From the NCBI GenBank assembly GCA_026387835.1, contig JAPLKZ010000011.1, positions 54,082 to 86,081 of the forward strand: a stretch of DNA of 32,000 nt, given 5' to 3'. Of this stretch, positions 17,120-26,686 are shown piece after piece. The DNA comes from Candidatus Saganbacteria bacterium. Its GTDB lineage: Bacteria; Margulisbacteria; WOR-1; JAKLHX01. Position 1 is the first letter of the stretch, and every line of letters starts with the position of its first letter. A program made the translations under genes and the position numbers. The notes below the pieces were generated by a model, which worked only from the letters and a program-made list of their open reading frames with translations, was not told the DNA's origin and did no database searches.

Positions 17120-20100
17120 AAAAGTTGATCGTCCCCTCGAACGTCATCATATTTGCCCTGAAATTATTTGAAGATATAAGGTAGTCCGTATAGTCGACCT
17201 CCTTGTATGTCGCCGAAAGCACGATGCTCGACAATATCAGGCTTTCCTGAGGGAGGGTGATGTTGAAGGAATAGCTGTTCGTCACCTTAAGTATGTCAAG
17301 GTTTGTGACGACCCCGGCCTGCACTTCGCCTTTGTTCCTTTCCTGCTGCCAGTTGTAGACAAGGCTCCCCCAGCTAAATATCTTCAGGGTGGTCTGCGCG
17401 TCTAAATTTTCTTTCGGGCGTTCCGCGTTCAAAATAAGGTCTTTTGTCGTCTTCATCGCATAATTCCCGGAAAAGCTGAGGATCGATACCGGGGAAAAAC
17501 TCAGGCCGTATTTTAATGTGGTGTTTTCGGTCTTAGTGGTTATAATCCCGTCGCTGGTATTGTTGTTATAATCCTCGATTATATAGTCCGAATTCAGCGT
17601 GAACAAGCCGAAAGGAGTGATGCTGCCGTTGAAGTTCTTTGTCTCCGAGTTGAGATCGGTTATTATTTCGGAGCTCCCGCTCGGCGCGGAAGACTGACGT
17701 TCCTGCGTATCCCACCTCGAACCCAGCTTGAGAAAAGAAAATGGAGTGAAGTCTACGGAAACATTCTTTGCCACGCCCTTACTCCTTGTCCCGGCCTCCT
17801 GCAGGGATTTGTCGTCGGATCTGCCGTAGGCAAGTGACAGGACGGAAAATGGCGTGAACCTGACAGAATAGTTGTCTTTTTCTGTATTTGGGTTTTCCTG
17901 GTCTGCCTGGACGCTTAATGTTTCGGTACGGTTCTTATCATACGTGGCCGAAAGGTTGCTGAGCGGATCAAGGACGACATTATAGGATTCGTTCTTTGTA
18001 AAGACTTTGGCCAGTGTCAGGGCATTCAGCTGGTCGTGCTGGATCAGTCTTGCCCTTGTCGAGAATTTCTTCAGAAATCCGAAAGTGAGGTCCCAGTCCG
18101 CATTGTACGTGCTGTCGCGCGAGATCTCGCAGTAGGTCACTCCCTCGCTGGTATGATTTTTTGGTTCGCTGTACTGGAACTCATACCCAAGCCCCAGCCT
18201 TTTTGCCACGTTGAGCGTGTTAGCGGTATGGAAAAATCCGACGGTAGAGCCGGAGTCGTCGAGAAAGTTGGTCGTCTCGCTCTTGGAGAAATCCTCCCTG
18301 TTGGTGAAAGCCACGTATTTCGAATCAACGCTCTTTGGGACGACGGAAAAAGCGAGCGAGTTCGTGATGTTGTTTGACTGATGCGTTGTCGATCCCGGCA
18401 GGATGTCGTCCATGACCTTGTAATTCCTGAAGTTCATGTTAATCTGGACAAGGCCTTTAGGATTCACGCCGATACCTATGTTCCTGTCGGTATTCCAGGT
18501 GTAATAGCCCGTGTACGTGCCGATCTGGCTCTTGGTCTCGAGTATGCTTGAGGCTACGGACAGAGATTCCCCGGAACTGTACCCGAGATCGATCCTTTTC
18601 TGCTGGCTTCCGGTGCCGATATTGGTGGATTCGAAAGGAGTATAATCGGCATTGATCTCTTTGATGTAAGCACCGACCGAGAACGGCCCGGCTTTTGTGG
18701 CCGCATTGACCCTGTATGCGGCGCCGGTCTTGACGGTAGACCCTGTTGATATTCCGGACGACGACTGGTAATCGTACTGTATGACCATCGTATCCGCAGG
18801 TTTTATCGTGAGATAATAGAAACTCAGCTGGCCGCTCTGATAGTTCATAAAATAGTCGACGTCCTTGTTCATCTGGAAATTGTTCAAAAAGACCTTTTCC
18901 GAGCCCTCTATGATATTGTTGTGCGACAGGCTGTACGGTCCGCGGGTGTTGTTCCCGATGATCGTGTCCTGTGTTGATTCCGACATTATCACCTGGTCGG
19001 TCCTGCTGATGCCGACCGCCGCGTCGATCACGGTGTCGGGTCCGATCGTGATATTCGTGTTCACGCCAGTCACGTCGTGGTTGATGTCGCTGTCCTGGAC
19101 AGACGCGCTCGCGGGTATGTAATAGAACGTTATGTCGAACTTCTTCTGGTTAGGGAACGGATCGTTAAAAGTTATGTAGGGAGTGTACGGGAAGTTGTAG
19201 TTTATCTTGTATTTGCCGTCCGCTACTTCTCTCGAGCTGTTACGCGTAAATGTATCGATGACGGAACTGCCGTCAGTCCTGACCTGCATGTTGGTATCGG
19301 TCGCCGGCACTACGGAGTTGATGCTCGTCAGATAATAAGGTCCCGTACTCCCGTTGCCGCGGCCGCTGAATTTTCCGTAAATACTTTTCTTGTAAACATA
19401 GTTGACCGCTATATCCGCTGACGCGTCAAGCGTGGATGTGAATTTTAATGTGCCTGTCGCATAGCCGTCGCTCGCATCGTCTTTATCGTTCAGATAAGGC
19501 ATATGAAGGCCTATTGCTTCTGAAGTCGGCACGTAGAAATCAGCGAAAGGGGTACCGTTCACGGTCACGGATACCGTCTGTGACGGGTCAAGAGGGAAAT
19601 GCTTCAGGTTGAGAAGATTGTTCGTTATCTCGCTTCCTTTTCTGGCTTCGACAAGAGTGGCTGTTGCGGCGGCGGAGCCTTTTTTGGCGGACTCTTTCAG
19701 ATATGTGGCCCCCAAAGTGAATGAGCTTTTGCTCGGGGGGACCAAAGCATCAGTATGTATCACAAAGGAATAGGAAGCGTTTATTTTTGAGGCGGCATTT
19801 ATTTTTGTGTTAAAAGTTATTTTTCCGGAATTATAATCTATCGTGTAATCCAGGCCCCTGAAGTTCTTCTTGCCGTCCACCTCGATGCGCTCGGAGTTCT
19901 TTACGACAGGATATTCGGTCATCTCATACGGCCCCTTGCTGTCGATCCCTGATATGACCTCGGATTCGCCCGAGACGTTGTAATAGCTGTATTTTACAGA
20001 AAGAGTATCATCGCTTGTGGGCATGTCTTCCAGCATGGCTGTTATAGTCCCGTAAGTATAATCTATGACATAGTCCTCGTATTTTTTCAGGAGCGTCCCT

Positions 20101-21146
20101 TTGTGATAGACAGATTCCGAATACTCTACCACGGGAAAATGCTTCAGCCGGTACAATCCCATGGCTTCTTCGCTGATAAAAGACGGTCTCACGAACTCCG
20201 GTTTAAGCGTTTCAGCGGATGAAGGTGCCGCTTCCGTGGAAGTCAGATAACCGGATTCTCCGGTGGCGGGGACGACGACCGGTCCGGCATCCGAATAAGA
20301 AAATGACGTCGGGAATTCATCGTTTGCTTCATATGATATCGGCATAGACGGTATGACCTCGGCTTTTTCAAAGAACATCCTTTTAGACGTGTAAGATCCC
20401 TGGACGCCGAAAAAGTCGCGTTTTGACACCGTGGGAAAGAACAGGTCAAAAAGGTTGGTGAATTCGTAAGTGTACGTGAACTGGTCGGCGGCTGTCAGTA
20501 TCCTGGCAAAAGTTATCTTGCCCTCAAAGTAATCGATCGTGTAATCGGTCCCCCTTGTGAGCGGGATATTGTTCAGGAGGATCTTTTCAGAACTCTCAAG
20601 GATCGATCCGTGACCGAGGCTGTAAGGGCCCCTTGTATTGTTGCCGATCACGGTGCTGATCGGCTGGTTGTTGCTTTTGAGCTTTGTTGACGGGACCAGG
20701 GTGAAAGTGTAATTATCTCCGGACGAGGTCAGCATCACGCCGTTCAGGTACTTTGTCGCCGAAACGAATTCGTTGCCAGAAAAACTTGCAGTGAAATCGC
20801 CGAATGTCAGCTCCGTGTTGTCGTATTTCACCTTAACATCAGATACCTGGGGCGTATCGGGCTCCTGTAAAATATTATATGAGACCCCGAGATGATCGTT
20901 CAGCTTGCTGTCTATCTTCAAGGTCAGTCTTTCCTGCCACTGCCCCGCGAGGGCGTTCTGCGACTGGCCTCCGAGCTGGGTGAGGGCGATGAAATAGTTC
21001 GACATCGGTTCCGCCTGGACCCTGTAGTACGACCATTTCTTAAAGCCGGATATATCGAACTGGGGATAGGTATCCGCGAACACACCACTTATAAGGACCG
21101 CCAGCGTGACGGCCAGCACAGCTATGAACGCGCGTTTCATTTTCAA
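17118..21146 (-). CDS. Large outer-membrane beta-barrel protein (1342 aa) with repeated SprA/Ig-like modules
   Basis: Signal peptide MKMKRAFIAVLAVTLAVLISGVFA; recurring module NNTRGPYSLxHxxIxExSEKxxLNNxxxxxxxDYxxxYxxGxxxF with variants; C-terminal half of alternating beta strands ending in F (NFRANMMTFEGTINF). Confidence 0.75.
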   Translation of the reverse strand: MKMKRAFIAVLAVTLAVLISGVFADTYPQFDISGFKKWSYYRVQAEPMSNYFIALTQLGGQSQNALAGQWQERLTLKIDSKLNDHLGVSYNILQEPDTPQVSDVKVKYDNTELTFGDFTASFSGNEFVSATKYLNGVMLTSSGDNYTFTLVPSTKLKSNNQPISTVIGNNTRGPYSLGHGSILESSEKILLNNIPLTRGTDYTIDYFEGKITFARILTAADQFTYTYEFTNLFDLFFPTVSKRDFFGVQGSYTSKRMFFEKAEVIPSMPISYEANDEFPTSFSYSDAGPVVVPATGESGYLTSTEAAPSSAETLKPEFVRPSFISEEAMGLYRLKHFPVVEYSESVYHKGTLLKKYEDYVIDYTYGTITAMLEDMPTSDDTLSVKYSYYNVSGESEVISGIDSKGPYEMTEYPVVKNSERIEVDGKKNFRGLDYTIDYNSGKITFNTKINAASKINASYSFVIHTDALVPPSKSSFTLGATYLKESAKKGSAAATATLVEARKGSEITNNLLNLKHFPLDPSQTVSVTVNGTPFADFYVPTSEAIGLHMPYLNDKDDASDGYATGTLKFTSTLDASADIAVNYVYKKSIYGKFSGRGNGSTGPYYLTSINSVVPATDTNMQVRTDGSSVIDTFTRNSSREVADGKYKINYNFPYTPYITFNDPFPNQKKFDITFYYIPASASVQDSDINHDVTGVNTNITIGPDTVIDAAVGISRTDQVIMSESTQDTIIGNNTRGPYSLSHNNIIEGSEKVFLNNFQMNKDVDYFMNYQSGQLSFYYLTIKPADTMVIQYDYQSSSGISTGSTVKTGAAYRVNAATKAGPFSVGAYIKEINADYTPFESTNIGTGSQQKRIDLGYSSGESLSVASSILETKSQIGTYTGYYTWNTDRNIGIGVNPKGLVQINMNFRNYKVMDDILPGSTTHQSNNITNSLAFSVVPKSVDSKYVAFTNREDFSKSETTNFLDDSGSTVGFFHTANTLNVAKRLGLGYEFQYSEPKNHTSEGVTYCEISRDSTYNADWDLTFGFLKKFSTRARLIQHDQLNALTLAKVFTKNESYNVVLDPLSNLSATYDKNRTETLSVQADQENPNTEKDNYSVRFTPFSVLSLAYGRSDDKSLQEAGTRSKGVAKNVSVDFTPFSFLKLGSRWDTQERQSSAPSGSSEIITDLNSETKNFNGSITPFGLFTLNSDYIIEDYNNNTSDGIITTKTENTTLKYGLSFSPVSILSFSGNYAMKTTKDLILNAERPKENLDAQTTLKIFSWGSLVYNWQQERNKGEVQAGVVTNLDILKVTNSYSFNITLPQESLILSSIVLSATYKEVDYTDYLISSNNFRANMMTFEGTINF

Positions 21147-21193
21147 TCAATTTTAGCAGTAATGATATATATTGGCAATATAAAATATTTTGC

Positions 21194-21226
21194 TTGACGC
21201 AATCCTTGGCGCAAACTTGGCGGGAA
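21194..21226 (+). repeat. 33-nt direct repeat, copy 1 (flanks the AAA ATPase gene)
   Basis: TTGACGCAATCCTTGGCGCAAACTTGGCGGGAA; 30/33 identical to 22569-22601. Confidence 0.9.
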
Positions 21227-21252
21227 AAGGTGTGGGCCAGCGATTAGTCAGA

Positions 21253-21281
21253 TTGACAATTCAAAGCGCGTGGCGTAAAAT
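21253..21281 (+). promoter_or_regulatory. Sigma70-type promoter for the AAA ATPase gene
   Basis: TTGACA (21253-21258), 17-nt spacer, TAAAAT (21276-21281), upstream of the ATG at 21332. Confidence 0.6.
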
Positions 21282-21331
21282 AGGGGATTGAATCACTAAA
21301 TTACGCTAATTGGAATTTAAAGGAGTGAGGA

Positions 21332-22471
21332 ATGTTTAAAAGACTTTTAACTGAAAAGATAAAAAGGAAAATGTTCAAGGGAAAGGCGATAATTATAACC
21401 GGCGCCAGACAAACCGGAAAAACAACATTATCTATTAACCTGATCAAGGGATCGGAATATTCAGGAACGGTTAGAGCCTTTAATTGCGATAACCCGACTG
21501 ACAGAGAGATGCTTTCGGACAAGGATTTTGAGTTCCTTGATCAGCTTATCGGGGATTCGAAGATCATCTTTATTGACGAGGGTCAGAAGGTCGAGACGAT
21601 AGGGCAGACGTTGAAACTGCTTTGCGACCGCTATAAAAAGAAAAAACAAATAATCGTGACCGGATCATCGAGCATTAATTTGTTGGACAGCACACAAGAG
21701 GCTTTGACAGGCAGGAAGCATGTATATACACTTTTCCCTTTAAGCCTCGAAGAAATAAAAGCAGCCGGAGGCCAGCTGGCAGTTATCAAACAACTGGAAC
21801 AACTATTGGTGTTCGGCAGTTATCCGGAAATACAGCTCCAGCGCTCGTTCAGGGACAAGATCGATCTTTTGAAAGAGCTTTCATCAAGCTACCTGTACAA
21901 AGATATCCTGGAATTCCAGCAGGTGAAGAACGCAAACATTCTGGGAAAGCTCATTAAGGCTCTTGCTCTTCAGATAGGATCGGAAGTCTCGTATAATGAG
22001 CTTTCGAACCTGATCGAGATCGACAAGAAAACAATAGAAAGATATATAGATCTTCTCGAAAAGAACTATGTTGTGTTCAGGCTTCCACCTTACACAAAAA
22101 ACAAGAGGAGAGAGATCTCCCGTCATAAAAAGGTGTACTTTTATGATCTGGGCATAAGGAACGCAGTCATAAACAATTTTAATTTTCTGGACAGCCGCAG
22201 CGATGCCGGCGCTCTATGGGAAAATCTCATGGTCGTTGAGCGGCTCAAGTACAGGAGCTATCATGAAATATACGCAAGCCAGTATTTCTGGAGAACTTAT
22301 GACGGCAGCGAGGTCGATCTGGTCGAGGAAAGGCAGGACAAGCTGTACGGCTATGAGTTCAAATGGGGGACAAGCAATAAAAAACCAAGACCGCCCGCAA
22401 AATGGGCGCAGTATCAGAACAGCTCTTATCAGCTTGTCGGAAGAAAAGACATTTCCGGGTTTGTAATGTAG
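21332..22471 (+). CDS. AAA family ATPase with C-terminal DUF4143-like domain
   Basis: Walker A TGARQTGKTTL, Walker B KIIFIDEGQKV, ITGSSSINLL-like sensor, then LSSSYLYKDILEFQQVKN...VSYNELSNLIEIDKKTIERYIDLLEKNYVVFRLPPYTKNKRREISRHKKVYFYDLGIRNAV...WENLMVVE. Confidence 0.9.
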   Translation: MFKRLLTEKIKRKMFKGKAIIITGARQTGKTTLSINLIKGSEYSGTVRAFNCDNPTDREMLSDKDFEFLDQLIGDSKIIFIDEGQKVETIGQTLKLLCDRYKKKKQIIVTGSSSINLLDSTQEALTGRKHVYTLFPLSLEEIKAAGGQLAVIKQLEQLLVFGSYPEIQLQRSFRDKIDLLKELSSSYLYKDILEFQQVKNANILGKLIKALALQIGSEVSYNELSNLIEIDKKTIERYIDLLEKNYVVFRLPPYTKNKRREISRHKKVYFYDLGIRNAVINNFNFLDSRSDAGALWENLMVVERLKYRSYHEIYASQYFWRTYDGSEVDLVEERQDKLYGYEFKWGTSNKKPRPPAKWAQYQNSSYQLVGRKDISGFVM

Positions 22472-22568
22472 GAACTCTGAACGCCATTCTCCCGCCCCAA
22501 CCTCCATACCATTCCAAAAACAATGCTGTCTTCATTTTGCGTATTTCGAGAAAAAACTAAGTTCGAGA

Positions 22569-22601
22569 TTGACACAATCCTTGGCGCAAACTTGATGGGA
22601 A
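22569..22601 (+). repeat. 33-nt direct repeat, copy 2
   Basis: TTGACACAATCCTTGGCGCAAACTTGATGGGAA; 3 mismatches to 21194-21226. Confidence 0.9.
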
Positions 22602-22672
22602 CTGGAGGCCGGACAATTATGCACAAGAAATTAACCTAACATTTTTCCAATGCTGTAACGGTGCAAAAATTA

Positions 22673-22701
22673 TGGACAACTTTATATATATGTGATAAAC
22701 T
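22673..22701 (+). promoter_or_regulatory. Promoter-like element A upstream of the thioesterase gene
   Basis: TGGACA, 17-nt spacer, TAAACT; closely resembles 25325-25353. Confidence 0.45.
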
Positions 22702-22754
22702 TTACCCTGAAAACTAAAAGAAAACCATTTTTAAATTGAGAAAAGGAGTGTATC

Positions 22755-23198
22755 ATGTCAAAAGAGTTTATATTCGAAAAGACAATATATCTTTGCGACA
22801 CAAACGCTTTCGGGAATGCATATTTTTCGAAATATTTTGAATGGCAGGGTATGGCAAGAGAGGCTTTTTTTAGAGTTATCATGCCGGATCCTTTTTATTT
22901 GATGAATACGGGGACAAAACTAATTACAAAACGAGCGGCAGTGGAATACAAGCACGAAGTTTATCTCTATGATGATATTGAGATCGGCATAAAAGTAGGG
23001 GCTGTAAAACCGGCAAGCTCAGAACTGATATTTAATTATCGAAGAAAAAAAGATAATTTATTGTTTGCATTAGGTTATCAGGCCATATTATTTGCAGATA
23101 AAAATGGCGAGCCGATCAAAATACCAAAGGAGATCGTTGAAAAAGCAAGGCCTTATACAGATGAAGTGAAATATGTATTAGGGAAAATATTTAAATAA
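22755..23198 (+). CDS. Hotdog-fold acyl thioesterase (4HBT / YbgC-CalE7-like)
   Basis: IYLCDTNAFGNAYFSKYFEWQGMAREAFF is the hotdog active-site region and resembles the TNxxGNVYYxxYxxWQGxxRE signature of PKS/enediyne-associated thioesterases. RBS AAAAGGAG. Confidence 0.78.
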   Translation: MSKEFIFEKTIYLCDTNAFGNAYFSKYFEWQGMAREAFFRVIMPDPFYLMNTGTKLITKRAAVEYKHEVYLYDDIEIGIKVGAVKPASSELIFNYRRKKDNLLFALGYQAILFADKNGEPIKIPKEIVEKARPYTDEVKYVLGKIFK

Positions 23199-23203
23199 CG
23201 TGT

Positions 23204-25300
23204 ATGAATGTCTATATTATCCCGCCATTAATTAGCTCTTTACTTTTTGCGATTATTGGACTATTTGTTTTACGGAATAATGCCAAATCAAAGATAAATG
23301 TCGCATTTTTTCTGGCTTGTTTATCCACTTTTTGGTGGCAATTCTCATGGGTATTCCTCTTCTCTACTTCAAATGAACAATTAGCTTCGATACTGGTGAG
23401 ATTGGGCTATTCAGGAATAATCCTAATTCCCATCACTTTGTATCATTTTTTTGTGGAGTTCATTAAAGCAGATAATGAAAAAAAATACGTTAAATTATCG
23501 TATCTGATCGGTATAATATTCCTTTATTTTAATTGGTTTACAAATTATTTTATTCAGGGCTATTATGTTTATTTCTGGGGATTTTATCCAAAAGCGAATT
23601 ATCTGCATCTGGTTTATCTATTAATGTTGACAATATTAGACTTAAGGGCAATATATTTACTTTACAAGAAAATGATTACAGAACAAATTAGTTCAATAAA
23701 GAGAGAGCAGATAAAATACGTGCTTTTATCCTTGATTTTCTACACGTTTGCAGCCTCAGATTTTCTAGTGAACTATGGCGTAGAATATTATCCTTTTGGT
23801 TTTATTCCAATACTTTTTACATTTGCAACGATTTCCTATGCCATCACCCGCTACCGCCTCATGGATATCAACGTCATCATACGCAAAGGTCTGATCTTTT
23901 CCGCGATAACATTGGTTTTCTCCGTGCTTTACATGTCGATCATCTACGGTTCCGAATACCTGCTTAAGCCGATAGTCCCGTTCAATATAATGTGGATCAC
24001 GCTTCCCGCGATATTCGTCCTCGCGCTGTTCTTCCAGCCGATCAGCGAAAAGGTCCAGGGATTCATAGAGAGAAATATTTTTAGAAAGCAGTATTTGGCC
24101 GATAGGATAGCTAAAAAATTCTCTAACGGCATAAAGGAGCTGATGAACATAGATGACCTGGCGACATTTATCACAAGGGCCGCGGTAAAAGTATTTAAAC
24201 TGAAAGGCTCCGCAATATTTGTCATCAGTGAAAAAGACGGGAAATACCTGTGCCTCGATTCAAGAGGCTCTTTTGGCAGATACAAAGGCTCATTCTTTCC
24301 GGCTGAGGCCATAATTATTGCGGAAATGCGATCGTCGAAAAAAGCGATCGTGAAAGAAGAAATAAGGCTTAAGATGGAACAGGCAACAGGCAGTGAAAAA
24401 GGCCATTACAAGAGGATAATGGAGAGGTTTGAGGAACTCGATTCCTTCATCCTGGTCCCTAGCATATCCTCCAAAAGAGGCGGAGAGGTGGTAGGTTTTC
24501 TGATCGGCGGAGAAAAGGAGAGCGGCGACATGTTCTCGGCGGAGGATATCTCGCTCCTAGAGACATTTTCAAGTCAGGCTTCCGTCAGCATCGAGAACGC
24601 GCTCATGTACCAGGCGCAGGTGGATGAGATAGAGCAGTCGATCAAAAAAGGAAGGATGTCGGAGCTTGGCTCGACAGCGGCGGGCGTCGCGCACGAAGCG
24701 AAGAACGCGCTTAACTATATCAACCTGTTCGCGCAGGTGCTTCACCTCAAAAAGGATGATAAAGAATTCTTGAAGAGCGCATCGCAAAGCTTTGAGTCAG
24801 AGACAGAGAGGATGAGGATACTGATGGAAGGAGTTGTTGACTATTCAAACCCGACGGCAATAGAGATAAAAGAAGAGAGTTTAAAGAAGATCATAGATGA
24901 AACTGTAATCCTCGTGAGGGACCACGCGAAGGGAAAGAATATCGCGATAGAAATAAATGTCGATGAAAATGCGACGATAAAAGTAGACCGGAACAGCATA
25001 AAACAGGTATTCCTGAACCTCTTCCTAAACGCGCTTGATGCGATGCAGAAGGATGGCAAGCTGGCGGTAAAGGCAGAAACCGGGGCCGAACAATTATTTA
25101 TAAGCATCTCCGATACCGGCTGCGGCATACCCGAAGCAAAGCTCCAAAAGATATTTGAGCCCTTCTTTACCACGAAAGAGCAGGGCACAGGCCTCGGTCT
25201 TGCTATCGTGAAGAAGGCGGTTGAAGCTAATAGGGGGCAATTATCTGTTGAAAGCAGGGTGGGGGCGGGGACAACGTTCAAATTGGCGTTCGCATTATAG
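23204..25300 (+). CDS. Sensor histidine kinase 1: N-terminal 7TM-type region, GAF-like domain, HisKA, HATPase
   Basis: Multi-TM N-terminus ending AISYAITRYRLMDINVIIRKG; H-box ELGSTAAGVAHEAKNALNYI; N-box QVFLNLFLNALDAM; DTGCGI; FEPFFTTKEQGTGLGLAIV. Confidence 0.9.
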   Translation: MNVYIIPPLISSLLFAIIGLFVLRNNAKSKINVAFFLACLSTFWWQFSWVFLFSTSNEQLASILVRLGYSGIILIPITLYHFFVEFIKADNEKKYVKLSYLIGIIFLYFNWFTNYFIQGYYVYFWGFYPKANYLHLVYLLMLTILDLRAIYLLYKKMITEQISSIKREQIKYVLLSLIFYTFAASDFLVNYGVEYYPFGFIPILFTFATISYAITRYRLMDINVIIRKGLIFSAITLVFSVLYMSIIYGSEYLLKPIVPFNIMWITLPAIFVLALFFQPISEKVQGFIERNIFRKQYLADRIAKKFSNGIKELMNIDDLATFITRAAVKVFKLKGSAIFVISEKDGKYLCLDSRGSFGRYKGSFFPAEAIIIAEMRSSKKAIVKEEIRLKMEQATGSEKGHYKRIMERFEELDSFILVPSISSKRGGEVVGFLIGGEKESGDMFSAEDISLLETFSSQASVSIENALMYQAQVDEIEQSIKKGRMSELGSTAAGVAHEAKNALNYINLFAQVLHLKKDDKEFLKSASQSFESETERMRILMEGVVDYSNPTAIEIKEESLKKIIDETVILVRDHAKGKNIAIEINVDENATIKVDRNSIKQVFLNLFLNALDAMQKDGKLAVKAETGAEQLFISISDTGCGIPEAKLQKIFEPFFTTKEQGTGLGLAIVKKAVEANRGQLSVESRVGAGTTFKLAFAL

Positions 25301-25324
25301 TGTTTCCTTGCCTCATAAAAATAT

Positions 25325-25353
25325 TAGACAACATTCTATATATATGATAAACT
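25325..25353 (+). promoter_or_regulatory. Promoter-like element B upstream of the PLP-enzyme gene
   Basis: TAGACA, 17-nt spacer, TAAACT; similar to 22673-22701 including upstream AAAAAT. Confidence 0.45.
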
Positions 25354-25367
25354 TACTCTAAAATAAA

Positions 25368-26684
25368 ATGGCGATGAACGAAAATATTTTAGATAAACAA
25401 GTTTCAGAGTTGATCAATGAATCAGAAAATATTCAGGTCGGCAAGCTAATACGGTCTTTAAAAGGGAAAAATGTCGGCGAACTGAATAAAAAAGCAATAA
25501 TTACTTACCTGGTGATCTCCGCTCAAAACAATCTCGGAATATTTCCTTATAATAGATACATGAAACAAGGGAATAAAATATATTCAAAAATAATATCACC
25601 GGACGATAAAAAGGAAGTCGATTGCATTGTCTGGTGCAGCAATCACTACTTGGGGCTAAACAAAAATCAGAAAATAATAGATTATGCGGCAGAAGTTTTA
25701 AGTAGTAATGGAACGGGGTGCGGAACTTCAGCCGTGTCCGGAGGATTTAGTGAAATACATAAGAAGTTGGAAGAAGACTTAGCAAATATAGAAGGAAAAC
25801 CGGAGTCAGTTCTTTTTTCAACGGGGTATACAACAAACCTCGGAGCAATAAGCGCTCTTGCCGATAAAAATGATCTGTTGATAATTGACAGGGAAAGCCA
25901 TGCAAGCATAATTGATGCCGTAACAATGTCAGGGGCTGATTTCAGGGTGTTCAAGCATAATGATATAAACTATCTGGAAGACATACTGAAAAAAACAGAC
26001 AGAAATAAATATAAAAATATATTTATCTTGACGGAATCAGTTTTCAGTATGAGCGGCGACGAAGCTCCTTTGAAAGAATACATTAAACTGAAAAAGAAGC
26101 ATGGATTTTATTTGTATGTTGATGAAGCGCACGCATTTGGGTTTTACGGCCAAAAGGGTGCTGGCCTATGTGAGCATTTAGGATGTGGAGACGATACGGA
26201 ATTTATTATGTCCACATTGAGCAAGGCAACAGCTTCGATAGGCGGATTTGTGGCAACGGAAAAATATTATTGTTCATACATTAGATTTAACTCCAACCCA
26301 TATTTATTCCAAGCCAGCATTCCTCCGGTCGATGCGGCGGTGTCAATTGCGGCATTAAAATTGATCAGAGAAGACAAGACGCTGGCGAAGAAACTTTGGG
26401 AAAATACAAAAAAGTTTAGGGAAATGGTTAAAAAATCCGGATTCAATGTTGGGAATAGCAAAAGCCCTATTGTCCCGGTTTATGTATCTGACGAATCAAA
26501 ATTATCACGATTATGCAAGGAACTTTTTAGCAATGGAATATTTACAAATTGGGTTTCATACCCGGTAGTTTCAAAAAAGCAGGGACGGTTAAGATTTGTG
26601 GTGACAGCTTCCCATACTAACGAGCATATAGAAAAAACAGTGCAAATATTAACGAAGCTTGGCAGGGATATCGGGATAATATAG
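25368..26684 (+). CDS. PLP-dependent alpha-oxoamine synthase-like enzyme (AONS / KBL / SPT / CqsA-LqsA superfamily)
   Basis: CSNHYLGLNKNQKII, GTGCGTSAVSGGFSEIHKKLEEDLANIEGKPESVLFSTGYTTNLGAISALA, DRESHASIIDAVTMSG, FKHNDINYLEDIL, LYVDEAHAFGFYGQKGAG, PLP-lysine motif STLSKATASIGGFV. Confidence 0.88.
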   Translation: MAMNENILDKQVSELINESENIQVGKLIRSLKGKNVGELNKKAIITYLVISAQNNLGIFPYNRYMKQGNKIYSKIISPDDKKEVDCIVWCSNHYLGLNKNQKIIDYAAEVLSSNGTGCGTSAVSGGFSEIHKKLEEDLANIEGKPESVLFSTGYTTNLGAISALADKNDLLIIDRESHASIIDAVTMSGADFRVFKHNDINYLEDILKKTDRNKYKNIFILTESVFSMSGDEAPLKEYIKLKKKHGFYLYVDEAHAFGFYGQKGAGLCEHLGCGDDTEFIMSTLSKATASIGGFVATEKYYCSYIRFNSNPYLFQASIPPVDAAVSIAALKLIREDKTLAKKLWENTKKFREMVKKSGFNVGNSKSPIVPVYVSDESKLSRLCKELFSNGIFTNWVSYPVVSKKQGRLRFVVTASHTNEHIEKTVQILTKLGRDIGII

Positions 26685-26686
26685 AT

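Noticed and set aside
22203-22507. Small ORFs on both strands over the end of the ATPase gene
   Set aside because: Overlap the conserved DUF4143-like C-terminus in other frames; no independent support.
21194-22601. Insertion sequence or transposon around the AAA ATPase
   Set aside because: No transposase or integrase motifs and the repeats are direct rather than inverted. Kept only as a cassette hypothesis.
25368-26684. Annotation as biotin-synthesis bioF
   Set aside because: Superfamily motifs fit, but there are no bioA/B/D neighbours and linkage is to kinases and a thioesterase. Specific function left open.
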